Assembly (NCBI GenBank): GCA_030829675.1
Contig: JAURAE010000001.1
Coordinates: forward strand, 16,516-80,515
Direction of reading: 5' to 3'
Source: Schleiferiaceae bacterium
Lineage (GTDB): Bacteria > Bacteroidota > Bacteroidia > Flavobacteriales > Schleiferiaceae
Length of the DNA: 64,000 nt
Numbering within the stretch: the first letter of the stretch is position 1; each line of letters starts with the position of its first letter. A program made the translations under genes and the position numbers. Positions 52,600 through 62,252 of this stretch are shown in pieces. The notes beneath the pieces were generated by a model. The model saw only the letters and a list, made by a program, of their open reading frames with translations. It was not told the DNA's origin and searched no databases.

Positions 52600-53235
52600 T
52601 CATAACGTATTCCCGCTTTGAAGTTGCCCCCAATCTGAGTGTTGCTGGTAGAAGTCCTTGGCGGCCTGCTGTAAATCGCTGTACATCTCTAAAAACCACG
52701 GTTCGAATAAGTCTATTTCCCCCTCAAGGGCGTTGTTGAAGTAGTACGCAAAAGCTTCCCCACCACGATGTCTGTAGGCAATGCCTGAGGCAGCGCGCGC
52801 CAAGCCTTCGACGTTTCGGTAGGACAGGAGCCAATTTTCCCGAAGCAGGTGCGGCGCCATGTGTGCGGCTCGCCCGACCAAGAGATGTTGGTGGGCAGCA
52901 ATATCGTCCAAGCACATTTGAATGAATTCCGGCGCGGTAGGAGCGGGGCGGTGTTGGGTCCAATTCCAGTGGCGGTGCAAAAAGAAATCTCCCATCAAGT
53001 CTAGCGCCACCGGAGCGTATTTCCCCACTTTAGGATAGAGTAACTTCTTGGTCGTTAGACTTATGGGGTGCGCATCCGCGAATTGGTCAATGAAGCGGTG
53101 GAGGTCGATGCCGAGCCTTTGGGCTGGGGTGGAACCTTCCCGCCAACCTTGGCCTTTAAAGCCATCTGCGGTGAAATTAAAAACCCGAACCTCGGAGAGG
53201 TTCGGGCTTAAATGTAAATGCGCTAAGAAATTCAA
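52600..53235 (-). CDS. acpH: Acyl carrier protein phosphodiesterase
   Basis: MNFLAHLHLS N-terminus characteristic of AcpH. 211 aa. Confidence 0.8.
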   Translation of the reverse strand: MNFLAHLHLSPNLSEVRVFNFTADGFKGQGWREGSTPAQRLGIDLHRFIDQFADAHPISLTTKKLLYPKVGKYAPVALDLMGDFFLHRHWNWTQHRPAPTAPEFIQMCLDDIAAHQHLLVGRAAHMAPHLLRENWLLSYRNVEGLARAASGIAYRHRGGEAFAYYFNNALEGEIDLFEPWFLEMYSDLQQAAKDFYQQHSDWGQLQSGNTL

Positions 53236-53245
53236 AGCGTAGTGT

Positions 53246-53497
53246 TTACGCCTCGGTTACGACGAAGTCAAAGGACTCCATCACAGGGTTGATGAGGAGC
53301 TTTTCGCTCGCTTCTTTCACCATTGCCTCTGCAGCTTCCTTCGAATCTGCCTCTACCTCTAGGGTAATGTGCTTGCCAATTCTCACATTGGTCAATGCTT
53401 CCAATCCGATGTTTTTAAGGTTTGCACCTACGGTTTTTCCTTGAGGATCTAAAAGTGCCTTTAGCGGCATCACGTTGATTTCAGCAGTGAATTTCAT
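53246..53497 (-). CDS. purS: Phosphoribosylformylglycinamidine synthase subunit PurS
   Basis: 83 aa. The LDPQGKTV...LGL...VRIGKHITLEVEA pattern is typical of PurS. Confidence 0.85.
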   Translation of the reverse strand: MKFTAEINVMPLKALLDPQGKTVGANLKNIGLEALTNVRIGKHITLEVEADSKEAAEAMVKEASEKLLINPVMESFDFVVTEA

Positions 53498-53516
53498 CGT
53501 TGAGTTTTTATGGGTC

Positions 53517-54224
53517 TTATGCCTTGCTTTTCAGAGCGAAGGCGCTAATAATTGGTAGCAAAAATACGACAATTGAGATGCTCAAGGCACCAAAAAAAGG
53601 AATCATTACGGCTAAAATTCCAACAAGGGTGTATTGCCCTATTTTACGAGGTGTATCGCCGCCGCCTTTGAGGCTAAGTACTTGGAATGAAGCGTTTTGC
53701 CAGTAGATCGTATAGAAGGCAATAGAGACCAGCGCCATGTGCCATATTAACAATTGAGCGCCTTCTAAAGCCATGATCCATTCCCAATTGTCCCAACGTC
53801 CCATCCAGGACCAAAGGCCGAGCGCGAATAAAGCATTGGCGGGGGTCGGCATTCCGACAAAATCTTTTCCTCCGTCCTCACGAAGGTTGAATACGGCTAG
53901 ACGATAAACGCTCGCGGCGGTAACGCCGGCGCCCACGAGCATGGCCCAGGGTTGCGGTACCTTGGCATAATCGGCCAAAATACTGGACCAAAGAAATCCA
54001 GAGGTCGCCCCAAAGGAAATGGCGTCAGCCAAGGAATCTAGTTGTTTGCCTAGTTCGGAAGAGGCGCCCACTTTTCGAGCCGCCCAGCCGTCAAGCATAT
54101 CGAATAATGCAGCTGCAATGAGTGCTATGGCAAGACCTGTATTGCTCGCGTTGACGATGAAGTAGATGGCCATCATCCCGCAAATTGCGTTCGCGAGTGT
54201 TAAAAGATTTGGAATGTGTTTCAT
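53517..54224 (-). CDS. pssA: CDP-alcohol phosphatidyltransferase (phosphatidylserine synthase-like)
   Basis: DMLDGWAARKVGASSELGKQLDSLADAISF matches DGx2ARx8Gx3Dx3D. Start set to ATG 54224 (the track start is TTG). Confidence 0.85.
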   Translation of the reverse strand: MKHIPNLLTLANAICGMMAIYFIVNASNTGLAIALIAAALFDMLDGWAARKVGASSELGKQLDSLADAISFGATSGFLWSSILADYAKVPQPWAMLVGAGVTAASVYRLAVFNLREDGGKDFVGMPTPANALFALGLWSWMGRWDNWEWIMALEGAQLLIWHMALVSIAFYTIYWQNASFQVLSLKGGGDTPRKIGQYTLVGILAVMIPFFGALSISIVVFLLPIISAFALKSKA

Positions 54225-54253
54225 GCCCTGCAAAGATGCATTATTTTGGCACT

Positions 54254-55831
54254 ATGTCTCAACTACGCCCTTGGTCGGATTGGAAAATGATGTTGGCAGC
54301 GACAGTTTTATTAGTCGCTGCTTGGAATGTCCCCATGTTGGGGGTGTTGATCATACCCGCTTTCGTGGTATTATTGGAATTAGCCCACCGTCCGGGACGA
54401 AAGTTTTTAAAGCTTTATGCGGTCATGGCACTGTGGAATGCCGCTACCACCTACTGGATCGCTAATGCACACCCTTTAGGAGTCATTGCGACCGTATTTA
54501 TCAATGGTGCGTTGATGGCGGCGGCCTTGTGGCTGGGGGTACGTTCTTCCATCCTTTGGCGGAAGTTCCCACAAGTAGAAAGGTTCAGCCTATTGGCGTA
54601 TTTGCCGGTCGTTGCGAGTTGGATCGCTTTTGAAAAACTGCACGACCACTGGGGATTGGCCTTTCCTTGGTTAAATCTAGGAAACACGTTTAACGGCCTG
54701 CCCATATTGGTACAATGGTATCAGTGGTTGGGTGCGACCGGCGGGACACTCTGGGTACTTCTTGTGGCCATAGCCACGTACCTTTGGTTGCTAGGACGGT
54801 GGAGAAAGGATCGTCCGCTCTTGTTGTTTTTAGTACCTGTTTTGACCAGTATAAGTCTGTGGTTCTTACCACATTCTAAGAAACCATCGGGGTGGGTCAG
54901 CGTCGCAGTGGTCCAACCAAATATCAACGCCTACACCGAAAAGTGGGAAATGCCGGAAGGCGAGCAGATTGAAAAGGTACGAGGCCTGTTGCACTCTCAA
55001 TTGGGCGATCAGCGAGTGGATTTGATTGTACTGCCGGAGACGTTCTTGCCGAAAGCTCGTCAGGAGTCGACTTACGGGTATTCGCCGATGGACCGCAAGT
55101 TGCACCAGGTGTTGGATGCCTATGGTGATGCGGCGATTTTCGGAGCGACGACCTACGACTTTCAAGATGCCCCAAATGCCTACAATAGGCCTATGGGCAA
55201 TCGATACTATACCTTGTACAACACGGCTTTATTCCGCACGAAAGGCATGCCAAATGCCGCTTTGTACCACAAAGGAAAACTCGTGGTTGGTGGGGAGACC
55301 ATGCCGTTTGTTCAGCTGCTGAAGCCTTGGTTAGGAGATTGGGCACTGGAGTTGGGAGGTACTTCTGGAACGCTTGGTGTTTCTAGTGAACGCACCGTTT
55401 TTGACAATGGAAAAGGGATGAAATTGGGCCCAATTATTTGTTGGGAAAACGAATTCTCAGATTATACCACGGACTATGCGAAACAAGGTGCAAACCTACT
55501 TGCAGTCATCACTAACGACGGTTGGTGGGGGGATACGCAGGGCCATGTTCAGCACATGCGATTCTCCGGGTTGCGCGCGATAGAAAACGGCAAGTGGGTT
55601 GTGCGTAGCGCCAACACCGGCATTAGTTGTATTATCGACCAAAAAGGCCGTGTACAAGAGCCGCTCGGTTGGGAAGAGGAAGGCGTGATTGTGATGGAGG
55701 TTCCGCTACTCGAAGGCCAAACAGTATATAGCAGAACTGGGGACTGGATCGGCCAATTCATGATTTGGCTCTTTGCCCTCAATCTCGGTGTACTTCTATT
55801 TAGTAGATTTTTCCGATTAAAGCCGAGGTAA
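54254..55831 (+). CDS. lnt: Apolipoprotein N-acyltransferase
   Basis: Start moved to ATG 54254 (MSQLRPWSDW...). N-terminal polytopic membrane domain plus a C-terminal nitrilase-like domain with VLPETF and PIICWENEF (catalytic Cys). Confidence 0.88.
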   Translation: MSQLRPWSDWKMMLAATVLLVAAWNVPMLGVLIIPAFVVLLELAHRPGRKFLKLYAVMALWNAATTYWIANAHPLGVIATVFINGALMAAALWLGVRSSILWRKFPQVERFSLLAYLPVVASWIAFEKLHDHWGLAFPWLNLGNTFNGLPILVQWYQWLGATGGTLWVLLVAIATYLWLLGRWRKDRPLLLFLVPVLTSISLWFLPHSKKPSGWVSVAVVQPNINAYTEKWEMPEGEQIEKVRGLLHSQLGDQRVDLIVLPETFLPKARQESTYGYSPMDRKLHQVLDAYGDAAIFGATTYDFQDAPNAYNRPMGNRYYTLYNTALFRTKGMPNAALYHKGKLVVGGETMPFVQLLKPWLGDWALELGGTSGTLGVSSERTVFDNGKGMKLGPIICWENEFSDYTTDYAKQGANLLAVITNDGWWGDTQGHVQHMRFSGLRAIENGKWVVRSANTGISCIIDQKGRVQEPLGWEEEGVIVMEVPLLEGQTVYSRTGDWIGQFMIWLFALNLGVLLFSRFFRLKPR

Positions 55832-55846
55832 GCAACGCCCCGTGTG

Positions 55847-55854
55847 TACCTTTG
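55847..55854 (+). promoter_or_regulatory. -7 promoter box TAccTTTG upstream of lpdA
   Basis: Exact TAnnTTTG 21 nt upstream of ATG 55876. Confidence 0.4.
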
Positions 55855-55875
55855 CTTAGAATTAAACATCATTTT

Positions 55876-57273
55876 ATGAGTTCTTACGACGTCGTTGTCA
55901 TTGGTTCAGGTCCTGGTGGTTATGTGAGCGCTATTCGTTGCGCGCAACTGGGAATGAAAACAGCCTTGGTAGAGAAATATGCTACACTTGGTGGTACCTG
56001 TCTAAACGTTGGATGTATTCCATCAAAAGCCTTGTTGGACTCCTCGGAGCATTACCACATGGCGGCACACTCATTCGAAGATCACGGTATTGTGGTGAAT
56101 CCACCTACCATTGATTTTGGCAAGATGATGGAGCGCAAAGCAGGAGTAGTAAGCACTACTTGCGACGGTATCGATTACTTGATGAAAAAGAACAACATCG
56201 ATGTGCTTCGCGGCTTCGGTTCACTGGTGGATGCCAACACGGTAAAGGTGGCTGGCGAAAGCACCACTGAGGTCAGTGCGAAAAACATCATCCTTGCAAC
56301 GGGTTCAAAACCTATTGAGTTGCCGTTTGCGAAATTTGATAAAGAGCGCATCATCAGCTCTACCGAAGCATTGAGCTTGAAGGAGATTCCAAAGCACATG
56401 ATCGTGATCGGTGGTGGCGTTATTGGATTGGAACTAGGTTCTGTATACAAGCGTCTTGGTGCTGAGGTAACGGTGGTGGAATATGCACCGAGCATTATCC
56501 CTACGATGGATGGCGCCTTGGGCAAAGAGCTACAGCGCAGCTTAAAAAAGTTGGGCATGAAGTTCAGCTTGAGCACGAAAGTGAGCGAAGTAAGCCGCGA
56601 CGGTGATACCGTAACGGTCAAAGGAACAGATAAGAAAGGCAACGAAATCACCTTCGAAGGTGATTACTGTTTGGTGGCTGTAGGTCGCCGTGCCTACACG
56701 GATAACCTAGGGTTGGAAAACGTAGGTATTGCCACTGACGATCGTGGCCGCATCGAGACTAATGCACATTTACAAACCTCACAGGCGAACATTTACGCCA
56801 TTGGTGATGTGGTGAAAGGAGCTATGTTGGCGCACAAGGCGGAAGAGGAAGGTGTATTTGTAGCCGAAACGTTGGCCGGTCAGAAACCACATATTAACCA
56901 CGACTTGATTCCAGGTATTGTATATACATGGCCTGAAGTGGCTGCCGTGGGTAAGACAGAAGAAGAGTTGAAAGCTTCAGGCGTTGCCTACAAATCAGGT
57001 AGCTTCCCTATGCGTGCCTTGGGACGTTCACGTGCCAGTGGAGATATCGACGGGGTAGTGAAAGTATTGGCAGACGCTACAACGGATGAAGTATTAGGAG
57101 TACACATGGTGGCTGCTCGTGCTGCGGATATGATCATGGAAGCAGTTACTGCGATGGAATTCCGCGCATCTGCTGAAGATATTGCCCGCATTTGTCACGG
57201 TCACCCGACCTACACTGAGGCGATCAAGGAAGCAGCGTTGGCGGCGACGGATAACCGCGCACTACATAGTTAA
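55876..57273 (+). CDS. lpdA: Dihydrolipoyl dehydrogenase (E3 / L-protein)
   Basis: VVIGSGPGGY FAD motif, GGTCLNVGCIPSK redox disulfide, C-terminal HGHPTYTE. Confidence 0.95.
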   Translation: MSSYDVVVIGSGPGGYVSAIRCAQLGMKTALVEKYATLGGTCLNVGCIPSKALLDSSEHYHMAAHSFEDHGIVVNPPTIDFGKMMERKAGVVSTTCDGIDYLMKKNNIDVLRGFGSLVDANTVKVAGESTTEVSAKNIILATGSKPIELPFAKFDKERIISSTEALSLKEIPKHMIVIGGGVIGLELGSVYKRLGAEVTVVEYAPSIIPTMDGALGKELQRSLKKLGMKFSLSTKVSEVSRDGDTVTVKGTDKKGNEITFEGDYCLVAVGRRAYTDNLGLENVGIATDDRGRIETNAHLQTSQANIYAIGDVVKGAMLAHKAEEEGVFVAETLAGQKPHINHDLIPGIVYTWPEVAAVGKTEEELKASGVAYKSGSFPMRALGRSRASGDIDGVVKVLADATTDEVLGVHMVAARAADMIMEAVTAMEFRASAEDIARICHGHPTYTEAIKEAALAATDNRALHS

Positions 57274-58520
57274 TGCATACGGCATCGACACATAAGGTCG
57301 ATCCGATCCATTTAGAACATCGGCTGTTGGAGGAATCCAATGGCCGATCGTTTTTTGCCCTCTACACGTCTAGGGGGTATAAAAATTCTCACACCTCATA
57401 CGCCTTGTTATTTGCGTGGGGGGCTCAACGTGTCTTTGGCGCCGATGAATTGGCTCTAGGCGCCCTCGAAGGCGGGTGGCGCTTCGGTTTTGCCGGTTAT
57501 GAAATGCGTCATCGCTTTGAATCTTTGGACCGTGGGAATCCCGCCTTGGGAGATTGGCCCGAAGCCCTCTTCTTTGAACCTGAAGTAGTGGGTACCTTGA
57601 GTTGGGATGGAGAATTATCTGTGACCGATTTCACCAGCGACCGCTCCACCCAAATCATTCAAGACCTGCTTCAGCCGGCCGCACCGCTCGAAGGTCCCAC
57701 TGCCCTTGATTTCAAGCCTGTGGAGACCAAAGCGGAATACTTGAGCGCCGTCGAACACCTCAAAGCACACATCCAAAGAGGGGATATTTACGAGGTCAAT
57801 TACTGCACGGCTTTCAAGGCTGAGGTAGCGGCGTTGCATTCGCCGGCCTTGTTTGAGAAAATGGCGTCTCGAACAGAAGCGCCGTTCAGCGCCTATCTCA
57901 AGCTCGACCAGTACGAACTCCTGTGTACCTCTCCCGAACGTTATTTCAGCAAAAAGGGACAGCGCATTTTGAGTCAGCCCATCAAAGGAACCAATCGCCG
58001 GGTAGCCAACAATGCGGCAGCTATGGCTGCGTTGAAGGAAAGTGAAAAGGAACGCGCAGAGAATGTGATGATCGTAGATTTAGTCCGTAATGACCTCAGT
58101 CGTGTGGCGACTAAGGGGAGCGTTCAGGTGAGCGAGTTGTACGGCACGTATGCCTTTAAAAATGTAAACCAATTGATCAGTACAGTCGAAGCCAATATCA
58201 GCCCCAATACCGGATTTTGGGAGCTCTTTGGCGCGACCTTCCCCATGGGTTCAATGACGGGCGCTCCTAAAGTGAGTGCCATGCAATTGGCCGAGCGGTA
58301 TGAAAAAACAGCACGGGAGATTTATTCAGGTACGGTGGGCTATACCACTCCTGAAGGCGATGCTGATTTCAATGTGGTCATTCGCAGTGTGGCGATCAAT
58401 CGTACAACGGGTGTGGCGACGACGCACGTGGGCGGGGCCATCACGATTTTGAGCGATCCACAGCAGGAGTACGAAGAATGTTTACTCAAGGCAGAGAGCA
58501 TGTTTGATAGCGCTCGATAA
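57273..58520 (+). CDS. pabB: Aminodeoxychorismate synthase component I / chorismate-binding enzyme
   Basis: SPERYF, GSMTGAPKVSAMQ and GGAITILSDPQQEYEEC motifs of the anthranilate/PABA synthase component I family. Short (415 aa) form. Confidence 0.8.
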   Translation: MHTASTHKVDPIHLEHRLLEESNGRSFFALYTSRGYKNSHTSYALLFAWGAQRVFGADELALGALEGGWRFGFAGYEMRHRFESLDRGNPALGDWPEALFFEPEVVGTLSWDGELSVTDFTSDRSTQIIQDLLQPAAPLEGPTALDFKPVETKAEYLSAVEHLKAHIQRGDIYEVNYCTAFKAEVAALHSPALFEKMASRTEAPFSAYLKLDQYELLCTSPERYFSKKGQRILSQPIKGTNRRVANNAAAMAALKESEKERAENVMIVDLVRNDLSRVATKGSVQVSELYGTYAFKNVNQLISTVEANISPNTGFWELFGATFPMGSMTGAPKVSAMQLAERYEKTAREIYSGTVGYTTPEGDADFNVVIRSVAINRTTGVATTHVGGAITILSDPQQEYEECLLKAESMFDSAR

Positions 58521-58536
58521 ATTGGTTGTAGTTTTG
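58503..58536 (+). promoter_or_regulatory. Putative promoter (-33 TTTG at 58503-58506, -7 TAgtTTTG at 58529-58536) for tilS-dsbD
   Basis: 22-nt spacing between the two elements. The -7 box lies 19 nt upstream of ATG 58556. The -33 element lies inside the pabB 3' end. Confidence 0.45.
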
Positions 58537-58555
58537 ACACTATAATCCTCCATTC

Positions 58556-59818
58556 ATGACCATTATCCCCGGATCAAAAGCAATTCTCGGCTTCAGCGGC
58601 GGCGTAGATTCCGTGGTGTTGAGTCATTGGTTGCTGCAGCGGTACAACATCCGTCCGTATTTGCTTCATGTGAATTACGGTTTGCGAGAGGAGGCGGACG
58701 AAGACGAACGCTGGTGCCGCTGGTTCGCTCAGGAGCATCGATTTGAAATTGAAGTGCTGCATGCCGATCCTACAAAGCGCAAAGGAGAGAACATTCAGAA
58801 TTGGGCCCGGAAACTTCGGTATCATTGGTTCGAGGAACGTGCACAAGCCCTTGGGGCGGAATATATTTTTACAGCCCATCACCTTGACGATAGAAAGGAA
58901 ACCTTTTTAATGAACGCCCTTCGCGGCGCGGGATTGACCGGCCTAACTGGTATGTCTCATCCCCACATTTTTCGTCCATTGGCGCAGATGAGCAAGGCGG
59001 ATATTCTTGCCTTTGCACAGGAACATGAGCTCACTTGGCGAGAAGATGCCTCGAATCAAACATTGAAATACACGCGAAACAAGGTGCGCAATTTGCTGCC
59101 GCAGGTCCTTGATGAAGTGGAGCCTCGATGGCACGGCGGTTTGGCCAAGACCATTGATAATTTGGTCCGCGATCGCGAACTGTTGGAGGGAATGTTGGAC
59201 GAGTTTGAGCAGCATCATGTGCGTGAATTCGAAGATGAAGTCCACATTGATTTCGGAACGTGGATCGAGCAACCCTATGCCCAAACGTTGTTGTACAGGT
59301 ACTGCCTGCGCTGGGATCTAGGCTTTTCCTACGAGGAATGTGGCCATGTTTTGAAGGGGGATTCGGGCCAATTAACGCCTGGCCGCCAGAAGATTTTAGT
59401 CAAAGACCGCACGGCCTTTATTTTGGCGCCGAAAAAGGAATTGGACCCCAATACCTATACCATTCATGGGCCGGACGATTTGTCTAATTTACCCTTTACC
59501 CTAACCCTGCAACCTACCCCGCGAGCACAGATTGTATTCGACGATGATCACGAATGGATCAGCCCTGCAGCAGCCCCATTTCCCTGGACCATTCGAGTAT
59601 GGAAACCCGGAGATTCTTTCTTGCCCTTAGGGATGAAAGGTTCAAAAAAAGTGGCCGATTTCCTCAACGACCTGCGCCTTCCTCGCCACCGCAAAAAGCA
59701 CATCTACGTTGCCTTGCACAACGATGAAATATTTTGGGTCCTCGGCTATAGAATCGCGGCACACGTAAAAGTTGTCGAAGGCGATGACATGGCCTATCTT
59801 GCATCTCTGAAACTTTGA
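58556..59818 (+). CDS. tilS: tRNA(Ile)-lysidine synthase
   Basis: GFSGGVDS PP-loop motif. 420 aa with a TilS-like C-terminal domain. Confidence 0.9.
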   Translation: MTIIPGSKAILGFSGGVDSVVLSHWLLQRYNIRPYLLHVNYGLREEADEDERWCRWFAQEHRFEIEVLHADPTKRKGENIQNWARKLRYHWFEERAQALGAEYIFTAHHLDDRKETFLMNALRGAGLTGLTGMSHPHIFRPLAQMSKADILAFAQEHELTWREDASNQTLKYTRNKVRNLLPQVLDEVEPRWHGGLAKTIDNLVRDRELLEGMLDEFEQHHVREFEDEVHIDFGTWIEQPYAQTLLYRYCLRWDLGFSYEECGHVLKGDSGQLTPGRQKILVKDRTAFILAPKKELDPNTYTIHGPDDLSNLPFTLTLQPTPRAQIVFDDDHEWISPAAAPFPWTIRVWKPGDSFLPLGMKGSKKVADFLNDLRLPRHRKKHIYVALHNDEIFWVLGYRIAAHVKVVEGDDMAYLASLKL

Positions 59819-59822
59819 TCAC

Positions 59823-61721
59823 ATGAAGCGAATTTTTACCGCCTTTATTTTCCTAATAACCACCTTGGCCTGGGCACAGCCGCAAGCAGTTACTTGGTCT
59901 ACTTCTTATGAGAACACTGATGAGCACACGATCATCACGGTTCATGCAGAAATTGCGGAAGGTTGGCATTTGTACAGTCAAAACCTTGACGAAGGCGGAC
60001 CTATTCCAACCTCCTTTGTCCTCGAAGAAGATTCTTCCTTCACCACGGTGGGAGGATGGGCCGAAGGAGAGCCACATGTGGAGTTTGATCCAAATTTCGA
60101 TATGGATTTGGCTTATTTCAGCGATGCCGCGGATTTCACCGTCAAGCTCTTGCCTACTGAGAAAGAATTTACCGTCAAAGGCGAGCTCGAATTCATGGTG
60201 TGTAATGACGAAATGTGTTTGCCGCCGACCTATGAAGATTTCTCGGTTCGGGTGACCAATGCACCTGTACCCTCCATTTGGAAAGGGTTAGGAACTACAT
60301 TCTGGCTTGGATTCTTGGGCGGTTTCGCAGCGCTGCTCATGCCCTGTATTTTCCCAATGATTCCACTGACGGTGAGCTTCTTTACCAAGCAATCCAAAAC
60401 GAAGGCCGAAGGGATATTTAAAGCAGCGTTGTATGGGCTAGGGATTATTGTAATATACGTTGCCCTAGGTCTTGCCGTGAGTGTCATTTTTGGATCTGAT
60501 GCCTTGAATCAAATGGCTACGAATCCATGGTTCAACCTAGCATTCTTTGCTCTCTTTGTCATTTTTGCGGCCAGCTTCTTTGGTGCCTTTGAAATCACTC
60601 TGCCGTCGAGCTGGGTCAATAAAGCAGATGATGCGTCCAACAAGGGAGGGATGCTTGGTATCTTCTTCATGGCCTTTACCTTGAGCTTGGTGAGCTTTTC
60701 TTGTACGGGTCCAATTATCGGAACATTGCTCGTCGAGGCGGGATCAAAAGGTTCGCTACTGGGACCTGCCGTAGGGATGTTTGGATTCTCATTGGCCTTG
60801 GCCATACCCTTTACCCTTTTTGCCGCTTTCCCTGGATGGTTGAACTCTTTGCCTTCATCAGGCGGTTGGTTGAACACCGTGAAAGTGACCCTCGGGTTCT
60901 TGGAATTAGCGTTCGCATTGAAATTCTTGTCCACGGCAGATTTGGTATGGCAAGCGCATTGGTTAGAGCGTGAACTTTTCCTAGCCATTTGGGTAGCCAT
61001 CGCCTTTATCACTGCCTTCTACCTTTTGGGTGCCTTCCGCATGCCGCTAGATAGTCCGGTAACCACTATTTCAGTACCACGACTTAGCTTCGCGATGGTC
61101 TTCATGATTTTGGGCTTCTACATGTTGCCAGGAATCTTCGGCGCTCCTGTGAAGCTCATCTCAGGATTCCCGCCGCCAGAGCATTATGCAGAAAGTAAGA
61201 GCGGTGCCTACGCGCAACCCGTGATTAATATGGTTGGTGCGGGTGAGTCTGCAGCCGTAGAGGTGGAGCATGGCGATCATTGTCCCAACGGCTTGCCATG
61301 TTTCAATGATTTTGATGCCGGTTTGGCCTATGCCAAGGAGGTAGGCAAGCCCATCATGATAGATTTCACCGGATGGGGATGTCAGAATTGTCGCAAGATG
61401 GAAGAAAACGTTTGGGTAGACGAGCGCGTTCACAAGAGGTTGAGAGATGAAGTTGTTCTCATTTCACTATATGTGGATGAGCGCACGGAGTTCCCGAAAG
61501 AAGAGCAATACATCAGCGAAGTAACGGGCCGTAAAATCAAGAACGTCGGTAACAAGTGGAGCGAGTTTGAGGAAGTGAACTTTGGGGCGGTTAGCCAGCC
61601 CTTGTACGTTTTCCTCGGGCACGATGACCTCAAGCCTTTGATTGAAACAAGAGGCGCAGATCTCGATATCGAAGCCTATATCGAATGGATGGACCGCGGC
61701 ATCTCAGCCTTCCAGAAATAA
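59823..61721 (+). CDS. dsbD: Thiol:disulfide interchange protein DsbD
   Basis: Signal peptide, N-terminal DsbD-alpha-like domain (MVCNDEMCLPP). Central TM domain with LLMPCIFPMIP and SFSCTGPI. C-terminal thioredoxin domain FTGWGCQNC. Confidence 0.9.
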   Translation: MKRIFTAFIFLITTLAWAQPQAVTWSTSYENTDEHTIITVHAEIAEGWHLYSQNLDEGGPIPTSFVLEEDSSFTTVGGWAEGEPHVEFDPNFDMDLAYFSDAADFTVKLLPTEKEFTVKGELEFMVCNDEMCLPPTYEDFSVRVTNAPVPSIWKGLGTTFWLGFLGGFAALLMPCIFPMIPLTVSFFTKQSKTKAEGIFKAALYGLGIIVIYVALGLAVSVIFGSDALNQMATNPWFNLAFFALFVIFAASFFGAFEITLPSSWVNKADDASNKGGMLGIFFMAFTLSLVSFSCTGPIIGTLLVEAGSKGSLLGPAVGMFGFSLALAIPFTLFAAFPGWLNSLPSSGGWLNTVKVTLGFLELAFALKFLSTADLVWQAHWLERELFLAIWVAIAFITAFYLLGAFRMPLDSPVTTISVPRLSFAMVFMILGFYMLPGIFGAPVKLISGFPPPEHYAESKSGAYAQPVINMVGAGESAAVEVEHGDHCPNGLPCFNDFDAGLAYAKEVGKPIMIDFTGWGCQNCRKMEENVWVDERVHKRLRDEVVLISLYVDERTEFPKEEQYISEVTGRKIKNVGNKWSEFEEVNFGAVSQPLYVFLGHDDLKPLIETRGADLDIEAYIEWMDRGISAFQK

Positions 61722-61740
61722 GATTGTAATCATAAATATC

Positions 61741-61780
61741 ACGCCCGGACAGAACCTTCTGCTCCGGGCGTTGTTTTTTT
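61741..61780 (+). terminator. Rho-independent terminator after dsbD
   Basis: Stem acgcccgga(cag) / (ctg)c-tccgggcgt followed by tgttttttt. Confidence 0.7.
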
Positions 61781-61785
61781 GGGTG

Positions 61786-62205
61786 ATGGATACCACCCTA
61801 GAAACCAGATATCGATTGCGCCACGACGATGAAGTGGTCGGCTACGCCCGTAAAATAGGCAGTCGATCGCATTTCTATTCTAGGGACCAATTCTGGTGGT
61901 CAGGCATCAAAATCGAACACAACAAAGTCGATGAAGGTGTGGGGCTGTTTGATATAGACAAACGCATGCTCTACGAGTGGGACATCGTTGAATATTGCCT
62001 CGAAGACCGCCGCGATCGCATGGGCGCTTTTCTTTGGTCTTCTACCCGCAAAGAATTTTGCATTGTCGACCTCGACGAACCCAGCCTTGAAATCCCTTTA
62101 GAAGTGGATGGCCTCCAGCTTTTTCAACCCAAAGACCTCCGCTTTCGTGCCTACCTCTTTCAAAACCCAGATTTAATGGTAGAGTTAGGCGTAGATGACG
62201 AATGA
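61786..62205 (+). CDS. Hypothetical protein (weak YopX-like resemblance)
   Basis: Start moved to ATG 61786, after the terminator. 139 aa with no signal peptide or TM helix. [18 protein letters not shown] faintly recalls the YopX motif DKNGKxIYEGDIV. Confidence 0.45.
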   Translation: MDTTLETRYRLRHDDEVVGYARKIGSRSHFYSRDQFWWSGIKIEHNKVDEGVGLFDIDKRMLYEWDIVEYCLEDRRDRMGAFLWSSTRKEFCIVDLDEPSLEIPLEVDGLQLFQPKDLRFRAYLFQNPDLMVELGVDDE

Positions 62206-62252
62206 TGGCTATTTTAGCGGCTCATTCAAGCGATAACTCAAAGGGACGACCC

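Noticed and set aside
53246-53497. purS stands alone without purQ or purL neighbours, which could be an oddity.
   Set aside because: Purine genes are commonly scattered in Bacteroidota. Without the rest of the genome, the isolated position says nothing unusual.
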